Shown here: positions 34,178-40,519 of the stretch, piece after piece
Numbering within the stretch: position 1 is the first letter of the stretch
How the letters are laid out: the number at the start of each line of letters is the position of its first letter
Source of the DNA: a virus
Length of the DNA: 40,519 nt
Strand: one strand, 5' to 3'
IMG/VR virus record: IMGVR_UViG_3300045988_100906
Span: 1-40,519 of that record
Made by a program: the position numbers and the translations under genes
The notes under the pieces: generated by a model
What the model was told of the DNA's origin: nothing
The model's input: only the letters and a program-made list of their open reading frames with translations
Databases searched by the model: none

Positions 34178-34462
34178 ATGAAATCTAAACAGACATTTTT
34201 TAATGTAACAAAAGGGCAAGTTTCCAATTTTTTGAGAATGGTTGAATATTCAAGTTCAGCAGGAAAAAATTATTGTTATGCTATGCAGAATGCCTATTCT
34301 CGGGAACCGTGGTTTGTTGTGTGCGACTATGCGGATAGCAATGTCGTTTTTGCCTATTGCGCTTTTGGTTATTGGCTCTTAAAAGAAGACTACGGATATG
34401 TTCGCGCTACCCGAGAAGAAGTCCTTGACAGGGTTTGGAATATTATACAGGAAGATTATTAA
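34178..34462 (+). CDS. hypothetical protein (94 aa)
   Basis: GGTGA RBS before the ATG at 34178. No recognisable motif. Confidence 0.5.
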   Translation: MKSKQTFFNVTKGQVSNFLRMVEYSSSAGKNYCYAMQNAYSREPWFVVCDYADSNVVFAYCAFGYWLLKEDYGYVRATREEVLDRVWNIIQEDY

Positions 34463-34483
34463 TACAGCCGGGGAGGAAGTACA

Positions 34484-35371
34484 ATGCTGTACTCTAAAAT
34501 ATTGGATTTATGGATAAGCGAAAAATCCTTAGAAATACGAAACAGCACAAAATGGAATTACATATGTACCATAAACAGAGAACTAAAGCCAGCCTTCGGC
34601 GATTATTTGGTAAAGGAAATAACCAGAACTATGCTGCAGGATTATATTTTAAAAAAATCCGAACATCTTAAAACAGAGACGATTATAAACATTACAAAGG
34701 TTCTGTCGCAGTCCTTTAAATTTGCGAAGCAGGAGGAATATGTGGAAGAAAATCCTTATGTAAGAATAAAGGTGCCTAAGGAGCAGAGTGCTAAAGAGAT
34801 TAAAGTTTTTACGCAAGAAGAAATCGCTGCACTCCTTAACGTGCAAGGATTCCACGAACAAATTGTGGACATTGTAAATATCGCATACCGGACAGGTATG
34901 CGCATCGGCGAAATATTGGCACTTAAATGGGAGGACGTAAACTTTGAGCAAGAATTTTTAATGGTGCGGCGTACCGTTTCCCATTGCCAAAATGGTGTGC
35001 GGGAAATTTGTGCACCAAAAACAAAAGCGTCCACAAGAAGGATAGATTTGGATAAGGCCACCATGCAAATGCTGTTGTCTATGGACAGAACAGGAGATTT
35101 TGTTTTCTGTAAGAAAGATGGTACTATTTTAAGCAGAGGAGGTATCTGCCAGAGTTTTAAAAGGTTGTGTAAGGCCGCTGATGTCTCCTATAAGTCTTTC
35201 CATACATTACGCCACACCCATGCATCTGTGCTTTTAGCTGCTAACGTGCACCCTAAAATTGTACAGGAACGTCTTGGACACGCAAAAATAAGCACTACTA
35301 TGGATACATACAGCCATTTAATACCAGGTATGCAAAAAGTTGCTGTAGACGTGTTTAATACCTTGTGTTAA
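34484..35371 (+). CDS. tyrosine recombinase/integrase 2 (295 aa, XerC/D-sized)
   Basis: YRTGMRIGEIL, FHTLRHTHASVLL, LGHAKISTTMDTYSHL. GGGGAGGAAG RBS. Confidence 0.9.
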   Translation: MLYSKILDLWISEKSLEIRNSTKWNYICTINRELKPAFGDYLVKEITRTMLQDYILKKSEHLKTETIINITKVLSQSFKFAKQEEYVEENPYVRIKVPKEQSAKEIKVFTQEEIAALLNVQGFHEQIVDIVNIAYRTGMRIGEILALKWEDVNFEQEFLMVRRTVSHCQNGVREICAPKTKASTRRIDLDKATMQMLLSMDRTGDFVFCKKDGTILSRGGICQSFKRLCKAADVSYKSFHTLRHTHASVLLAANVHPKIVQERLGHAKISTTMDTYSHLIPGMQKVAVDVFNTLC

Positions 35372-35384
35372 TTTCTTTATTTTC

Positions 35385-35409
35385 TCCCCGGCTGGCCGCC
35401 GGGGATTCT
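35385..35409 (+). repeat. 25-bp direct repeat and hairpin, copy 2 (plus-strand terminator with T-run)
   Basis: Identical to 33299..33323, followed by TTTTATTT. The endolysin stop codon is 3 nt beyond it. Confidence 0.95.
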
Positions 35410-35411
35410 TT

Positions 35412-36395
35412 TTATTTAATAAGTGCTTTGAATGTATTGTATCCTGCGATACCATCTACAGACAGTCCACGGTCTTTCTGGAACTGCCGCACCGCTGCCT
35501 CCAGTCTGCTACCGAATGTTCCCGGATTTTCCAAGCCATTTGGATTATATCCGTTAAGCATTAACAGAATCTCCAGCGCAGTAACCATGTACTGAGTTTC
35601 TCCGCGGCGTACCGTATGGCCTTTTAATGCAGCTTCGGAACGGCTGCCCCAGATACCGTCCACAGAAAGTCCGGCTCTGTAGTCCAGATTCATGGACTGC
35701 TGCAGCACCTTAATCTTTGCTTTATTTGTTTCCGGTCCCGGGATACCGTCCGATTTAAGTCCCGGTACTGCAAAATTGCGGGCATGCACCTGTCCATCTC
35801 GGATAATGGGGTTTCCGGAAGGTTTAGAGGGTTTTGGCGCGTTAGGCGCCGGCTGCGGTTTAAAATCAGCACCCTGAATCGATTTGCCGATAATTGCGCT
35901 TGCAATCGCATCCCCACATTTGTCAGTATCCCATTTATCGGCATCGTTCTGACTGTCTACAAAGCAACATTCCACCAGCAATGCCGGGGATTTCGTGTTT
36001 CTAAGCACATAAAGCCCCTGTGAGTATTTCACGCCGCGGTTACGGATTCCGAGGGCGTTTGATACGTTTCCGGCGATTTTAGCGGCAATATCCGCTGTCT
36101 TGCTGTCATAACACCACACCTCTACCCCAGTGCCGCCCCCGGCATTGAGGTGGATAGATACGTCTAAGTCTACACTGTGGGCATTGCATTTTGTGACAAT
36201 CCTCTGCAAATTCTGGTTGGCAGTGCAATTTGTGTCATCTGTACAGTCATAAACAGTATGACCTGCGTTTTTAAGGGCTGCAATCACCCTATCCTTTACT
36301 TTTCTGTCCTCCACGGATTCCTGCAAAAAGCCAACAGCGCCACTTGCACCCTGTCCTTGCGGACAATGTCCTGCATGTACGTTATAAATTCCCAT
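35412..36395 (-). CDS. endolysin: N-acetylmuramoyl-L-alanine amidase with two C-terminal peptidoglycan-binding repeats (327 aa)
   Basis: HAGH..., DLDVSIHLNAGGG, ALLVECCFVDS amidase_3-type motifs. Two LSVDGI(W/A)G PG_binding_1-like repeats. Confidence 0.85.
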   Translation of the reverse strand: MGIYNVHAGHCPQGQGASGAVGFLQESVEDRKVKDRVIAALKNAGHTVYDCTDDTNCTANQNLQRIVTKCNAHSVDLDVSIHLNAGGGTGVEVWCYDSKTADIAAKIAGNVSNALGIRNRGVKYSQGLYVLRNTKSPALLVECCFVDSQNDADKWDTDKCGDAIASAIIGKSIQGADFKPQPAPNAPKPSKPSGNPIIRDGQVHARNFAVPGLKSDGIPGPETNKAKIKVLQQSMNLDYRAGLSVDGIWGSRSEAALKGHTVRRGETQYMVTALEILLMLNGYNPNGLENPGTFGSRLEAAVRQFQKDRGLSVDGIAGYNTFKALIK

Positions 36396-36432
36396 ATTTT
36401 TTCCTTTCTGCCGGCTGTTGCGCCGGCGCAAC

Positions 36433-36660
36433 TTATTTACTCTCTACTTCCGGGATACCTGCTACAGAGTTGGCAATAGATAAGATACCGGACAGCACAG
36501 AGGCGGATACTACCACTTTCCAGTCTACTGCGCTTAATACCGCTGCCGTACCTACGGTTGCCACAAAGGTCTGTGCCATGGTCTTTACGGCTCTTACCCC
36601 AGCCGCTTTAAACCACTCTTTTGTATCCACGTTTGCTTTTAATACACAATTCTTTAACAT
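36433..36660 (-). CDS. holin (75 aa)
   Basis: RAVKTMAQTFVATVG...VDW...ILSIANSVAGIPE matches the phage_holin_1-type pattern. AAGGAGAGG RBS at 36660. Confidence 0.75.
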   Translation of the reverse strand: MLKNCVLKANVDTKEWFKAAGVRAVKTMAQTFVATVGTAAVLSAVDWKVVVSASVLSGILSIANSVAGIPEVESK

Positions 36661-36673
36661 GCAATCCTCTCCT

Positions 36674-36958
36674 TTACTTAAAAATCGTTGCTGCCACTGC
36701 CCCGGCAGCGGCTCCCACCAGTGCCAGTACAACAGATTCCCACCGCTTTGCTGGCTTTCCTTCCAGTTCTGCTACTTTTGCGGTAAGCTGTGCAAGATTC
36801 TGGTTCATAAAACCTACTTCTTTTGTTAATCCAACCATTTCCTGCGCCAGCTGGTGGACTACGTTTACCACCCTTTCTACGTTGTCCATGCGGTGTTTTA
36901 AGGAACCAATTTCCTTCTTTACTTCCGCAAGGGCTACCGCGGTTTCCTGTTCGTCCAT
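36674..36958 (-). CDS. xhlA: XhlA-like protein (94 aa)
   Basis: Coiled coil followed by KPAKRWESVVLALVGAAAGAVAATIF, a C-terminal TM segment. Confidence 0.7.
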   Translation of the reverse strand: MDEQETAVALAEVKKEIGSLKHRMDNVERVVNVVHQLAQEMVGLTKEVGFMNQNLAQLTAKVAELEGKPAKRWESVVLALVGAAAGAVAATIFK

Positions 36959-37030
36959 GCTACACCTCTTTCTATGTATTATTTCTTTTTTGCTATTTTG
37001 GTCTTGCCCGTATCTCCATGCGCTTACCTC

Positions 37031-37108
37031 CTATCTTTTAATCTGGAGGCAGCACATAATTACAACGCCCAGCGCTGCTCCTGCAGTAAATGCCAGTACA
37101 TATCCCAT
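37031..37108 (-). CDS. 25-aa membrane peptide
   Basis: MGYVLAFTAGAALGVVIMCCLQIKR. GAGGTAG RBS. TAATG overlap. Confidence 0.3.
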   Translation of the reverse strand: MGYVLAFTAGAALGVVIMCCLQIKR

Positions 37109-37290
37109 TACGCTACCTCACTTTCTGCATAAGTTTCTTCTGCCAGAAGTACAAGCTTTGCGTATTCCTCTTCGGAGATTCTGGACATTGCAAAATAGAC
37201 GTCCAGTTTGGCAACGGCTTCGTCTTTAGTTTTGTAAAATTTCTTTTCAATCAGATTTGTCATTAATTTTACAATAACTGTACTATTCAT
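37108..37290 (-). CDS. small protein after the fibre gene (60 aa, XkdX-like by position)
   Basis: GGAGG RBS. ..ISEEEYAKLV.. motif. Confidence 0.5.
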   Translation of the reverse strand: MNSTVIVKLMTNLIEKKFYKTKDEAVAKLDVYFAMSRISEEEYAKLVLLAEETYAESEVA

Positions 37291-39736
37291 AGTTCATTTC
37301 CTCCATATTTTCCAAAATATTGTTTGTGTCATTTTCTATCATGGCCGCCTGGGTGGATAAAGGCATTAAAGAGAGCAGGTTTGCTGTTTTCTGTATATTT
37401 GCCGTTACGAGTTCTTTTATTTTTTTATCTATATACAGCTTTGTATCTGCCACATAATCCAGCTGCATATCTGCATTTGCGTTATTGGTTACTACTGTAG
37501 TTGGATAGTAGGTGTGTAGGGATTTAAATTTCTGTTGGATTTCTTCGGGGAGTGGCTCAAATGTTGGCTCTTTTAACGTATACATCAAATATACATCGTT
37601 ATTTTTTACCCACTCCTTAAATCCGGCCACTGTATTAAATCCAAAGTTTTTAATCTGTACCCAGTTTCCGGATATACCCACGCTTACCGTTGTTGTAGCG
37701 CCTTCCATTTTTGCATAATTGCAAAATCCAGCATACGGATATTTTGCAATCTTCTCAACTCTCATGCCGATTGTTGTTGGATTGTCTAATTGTGCATATT
37801 CGTTTCCGGTTATTTTGTAGTTTATTACGTTTCGTTTTACTCCAATCACGCCATTCTGTTCACAGATTTCGTCACAAACCCACTGCCGTCCTGTGCTGTC
37901 GGTGTAATTACCGCCAGATGTTACAGGGATGCCCGGGAGGCCGTCTGGTGTCTGGATTGCAAGAGATTGTTCGGCATAGGGCTCGTATGGCAGTGGTGTA
38001 TCTCCCAGATTAAACATAATGTCGTAAAACTCTGCCGACATACTGTTGTTGTTTATATCGAATCGGAAATACATTTTATCCCCGTCTTCTATATCCACTG
38101 TTCGCTTTCCCGCATTTCCAGTGCTCTGGTATACAGTGCCACTCTTCTTTTCTACAATCAAATACATTTCAACTGTGTTTTTTCCATTCGTTCCGCCGTA
38201 AGGTTTATTACTCTTAAAAGACAGCGTGTATTTTCCCGGCGGAAGAGATAATTTATCTGCTTCTTTGTTTAAGAAAAATACCATGTCTTCTTTACCCGTA
38301 GTGCCTTTACCAGTAAACGAGATTCTATCTCCGTTTAACGTAATCTGTTTTGCAGAATTGTTAATCTCATATCCCTTAAATTTGTTCAGAGGAAACAGAT
38401 TCCCGGTATTAATGTTTACTTTTACTTCTCCATTTCCCCCAATGCTCTTAATCTCCTTAGGGCTTTCCGGCGTTGGCGTGCCGTCCTGCTCCGACTTCCC
38501 GAAGATTCTAAGCCCCTCCATAAACGCCTCTGCGCTGTCGGCAATCTGTACCACACTACCTTTTACCGTCTCTACAATAGCCCCTGCTTTACTCTGCCGC
38601 AGGTCTGCAATGTCCTTTTTATTGGTCTGTATCTGTTCCCGGTCTGCGATAATCTCCTGGGCGGCGGCCTGGACAGCCTGTACCTGTTTTTCTCCCTCTG
38701 CAGTTACTTTTCCGGTCTGTGTTGCACCCTCTGTCTGTACCGTTTTTACAGCTTCTGTTTTTGCTGTCTCTACTGCTCCTGTAGCTGTTCTCTGTGCAGT
38801 CTGGATATCTCGCACGGCGGTTTCTCCGGCAGTCTGCACCCGGTCTGTCTGGGTCTGTCCGGCGTTGTTTACATCTGCAAGTGCCTGCTGTGCAGTTAAA
38901 ATAAAATCCTGTGCAGTCTTATCTACGCTGTCCTTGTTTTCCTGTACCTGTGTGCTTAATTCCTCCACAGCTTCTTTGGCTTTCTGTACGGCTGCTCTAT
39001 CCTCTGCCGTTTTCCCTGCTGCCGCCTGCGCTGCGGTGCTGGCATTTTCGGCTGCCTGCTTATGTATTTCCCCCTGTTCTGCGGATGTTTCCGCCCGCGT
39101 AGCTGCTTCCTGTGCGTTTTTAGATAATTCCTCTACTTTGGCCACTTGCTCGTCTATCCCGGACACGGATTCTACCAGACGTTCTACTTCTTTTCTGTCT
39201 TCTGCCGTCTTCCGGGAATCTTCCTGGGCTTGTCCAGCGTAATACCTGGCATTATCCTCCGCTCTCTCCGGCAGGTCTTCCCGGCCATGTGCCCAGCCTT
39301 CTGCCTGCTTTTCGGATTCTGCCGCCTGCTCTGCTGCCTCCCGGACGGCCTGCACCGCCTCGTGGAAAATGTCCGGGTTATCTGTGCCGCCTGGAACTTC
39401 CGGCTTCGGTCTGGCCTTTACATCTAAAACAATCCGGTATTCTGTTTTTCCGCTGGTTGCATCTGTTATGTACACAAAGGCATAGATGCTATAATCGTTT
39501 GAGGTGTCGTCGTTTTCCAGCATACTATCCGGTATCAGCACGTCTGTGACCCCATCTTTTGTTGTACCAATACGGGTTACGGATGTACCGCCTTTTGGCT
39601 GTAATGCAAAGTGGATTTCTACCGCCGCCGGAAGGTTTAAGCCCTGGATGCGCAGGATTTGTCCATAATCGTACTGTCTTAAAACGCCATACTTACTTGC
39701 GCTGGTGTCCCCTGGATTAAATACCACTGTTACCAT
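37283..39736 (-). CDS. BppU-like baseplate/fibre protein with a long Ala/Gln/Glu-rich coiled coil and a C-terminal receptor-binding-like domain (817 aa)
   Basis: N-terminus VVFNPGDTSASKYGVLRQYDYGQILRIQGLNLP...YAFVYITD resembles the BppU N-terminal domain. Confidence 0.7.
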   Translation of the reverse strand: MVTVVFNPGDTSASKYGVLRQYDYGQILRIQGLNLPAAVEIHFALQPKGGTSVTRIGTTKDGVTDVLIPDSMLENDDTSNDYSIYAFVYITDATSGKTEYRIVLDVKARPKPEVPGGTDNPDIFHEAVQAVREAAEQAAESEKQAEGWAHGREDLPERAEDNARYYAGQAQEDSRKTAEDRKEVERLVESVSGIDEQVAKVEELSKNAQEAATRAETSAEQGEIHKQAAENASTAAQAAAGKTAEDRAAVQKAKEAVEELSTQVQENKDSVDKTAQDFILTAQQALADVNNAGQTQTDRVQTAGETAVRDIQTAQRTATGAVETAKTEAVKTVQTEGATQTGKVTAEGEKQVQAVQAAAQEIIADREQIQTNKKDIADLRQSKAGAIVETVKGSVVQIADSAEAFMEGLRIFGKSEQDGTPTPESPKEIKSIGGNGEVKVNINTGNLFPLNKFKGYEINNSAKQITLNGDRISFTGKGTTGKEDMVFFLNKEADKLSLPPGKYTLSFKSNKPYGGTNGKNTVEMYLIVEKKSGTVYQSTGNAGKRTVDIEDGDKMYFRFDINNNSMSAEFYDIMFNLGDTPLPYEPYAEQSLAIQTPDGLPGIPVTSGGNYTDSTGRQWVCDEICEQNGVIGVKRNVINYKITGNEYAQLDNPTTIGMRVEKIAKYPYAGFCNYAKMEGATTTVSVGISGNWVQIKNFGFNTVAGFKEWVKNNDVYLMYTLKEPTFEPLPEEIQQKFKSLHTYYPTTVVTNNANADMQLDYVADTKLYIDKKIKELVTANIQKTANLLSLMPLSTQAAMIENDTNNILENMEEMNYE

Positions 39737-39754
39737 TTTCTCACCCTATTCTTT

Positions 39755-39850
39755 CTATAACGCTGCTTCGACTTTTTCTCTCCATCTTTCCGGTACATTG
39801 TCGGCGGTAATTGTCCCGTCTTTAATTTTCATAACATAAAAAGCTACCAT
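39755..39850 (-). CDS. 31-aa ORF (MVAFYVMKIKDGTITADNVPERWREKVEAAL)
   Basis: GGAGGTAAAG RBS. TAATG overlap with the upstream gene. Confidence 0.4.
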   Translation of the reverse strand: MVAFYVMKIKDGTITADNVPERWREKVEAAL

Positions 39851-40221
39851 TATGCTTTACCTCCTACCATTCCGGCTAAATCCAGAATTGCCCCGTCCTG
39901 GACTGCCTGCTGCGCTTTAATTTCATCGACTTCTTTTTCCAGTTCTGTTTTCTCTCGAATTCCGAATACCGCAATTACTTTCTTTTCCTGTGTGTAGTCC
40001 ACAGATTTAAACAGCGGCGTTTCCAGTTTCATGTCTGTGTATTCTCCGGTTACCTGTTCTTCGCTTTTGTACTGCACGGTATCCAGGTTCCCTTCCTTTG
40101 TAAGGGCTTCTGCTACTGTTTTTAAATCTGCAAAATCCGGCACAATTACTGTGGTTTCTCCCAGGCTTGCTCCTGGTAAAATTTCGATTTCTGTATTATC
40201 TTTTAATACAATTTTTTCCAT
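39850..40221 (-). CDS. tail-module protein, unknown function (123 aa)
   Basis: ORF with AAAGGA RBS. Precedes the fibre gene. Confidence 0.55.
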   Translation of the reverse strand: MEKIVLKDNTEIEILPGASLGETTVIVPDFADLKTVAEALTKEGNLDTVQYKSEEQVTGEYTDMKLETPLFKSVDYTQEKKVIAVFGIREKTELEKEVDEIKAQQAVQDGAILDLAGMVGGKA

Positions 40222-40223
40222 AG

Positions 40224-40519
40224 TTTTTTTCCTTTCTTTTAAATTACAATTTTAAGTTACTTTTTTTGGTAAATGGTTGTTTACCCGCAAAATCCAATTC
40301 ACAAAACTCCACTTTAGGAACCTTTGCCTATTGGGATAATGTAAGCACTGGAGAAAATGGCGCAAAATCTCTTATAATGTCCAAAGCCATGCGCACAGAG
40401 CATATGTACCTTGTATTGGTAAGATGTTTAAATGGCTCCACCGATTTGTATCCTCCGTATGGTTATTTACTCTGTATGCGTCTAAATGCATGGAAAGCCA
40501 CCTTAATAGGAGAAGAACA
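40224..40519 (+). other. open plus-strand frame running off the window end; on the closed circle it continues at 56..149 (stop TAA 147..149)
   Basis: No stop from 40224 through the junction. First in-frame ATGs are at 40377 and 40389, and no RBS is seen. Confidence 0.3.
40465..40519. repeat. 55-bp terminal direct repeat, copy 2
   Basis: Identical to 1..55 by direct reading. Confidence 0.95.

Larger units (their letters stand above)
33324..35384 (+). mobile_element. candidate nested mini integrative cassette (small ORF, HTH, 94-aa ORF, integrase 2)
   Basis: Bounded by the perfect 25-bp direct repeats. The integrase stop lies 13 nt before the right repeat. More AT-rich than the flanks. Contains its own three promoters. 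Confidence 0.45.

Noticed and set aside
37283-39736. Diversity-generating retroelement targeting the fibre C-terminus
   Set aside because: There is no reverse transcriptase gene, and no template/variable repeat pair is visible anywhere in the window.
1-40519. Genome-wide stop-codon reassignment (suggested by the in-frame TGA at 28833 and the presence of a tRNA)
   Set aside because: All large genes are intact under the standard code. TGA clearly terminates several genes in ATGA overlaps (for example 10513 and 22664). The tRNA anticodon loop reads UAC, which is not a suppressor.

Overview
The first 55 bases are identical to the last 55, so the window closes into a circle of about 40,464 bp. 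It reads as one complete temperate siphovirus-type phage or prophage genome, probably of a Bacillota/Clostridia host (host is inferred from gene families and AGGAGG-type RBSs only). Most genes are on the minus strand. In transcription order they are: an early operon starting at 29126 (small ORFs, pentapeptide-repeat protein, Rad52-like annealing protein, HNH nuclease, RusA, DnaD-like replisome organizer, DnaC-like loader). Next comes a run of about 15 tiny ORFs, several Cys-rich. The late operon follows: a single terminase ORF with a TerS-like N-terminus fused to a PBSX-type TerL, portal, minor head protein, scaffold, major capsid, connector proteins, major tail protein, Gp15-type chaperone, tape measure and tail tip proteins. 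Across the circular junction come a BppU-like fibre, XhlA, holin and an amidase endolysin. The plus strand carries the lysogeny side: an XRE/CI-like repressor behind a consensus promoter, three accessory genes (two paralogous zinc-ribbon proteins and a 4-TM protein) and TWO tyrosine recombinases. The most unusual structures are listed here. (1) A 2.1-kb cassette (second integrase, HTH, two small ORFs) is bounded by a perfect 25-bp direct repeat that is itself a terminator hairpin, which suggests a mini integrative element nested in the phage. (2) Mirror-image near-identical promoters flank that cassette's HTH gene. (3) The first integrase has attP-like arm repeats and an 18-bp inverted repeat around it. 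(4) TerS and TerL are fused in frame. (5) Accessory insertions sit inside the head module: a tRNA, a Cys-rich KTR protein, a holin-family protein, and an HExxH protein with a zinc-ribbon peptide. (6) An early ORF carries an in-frame TGA. (7) An exact 22-bp repeat occurs at two intergenic sites. All family names come from motifs I recognise by eye; no database search was run.
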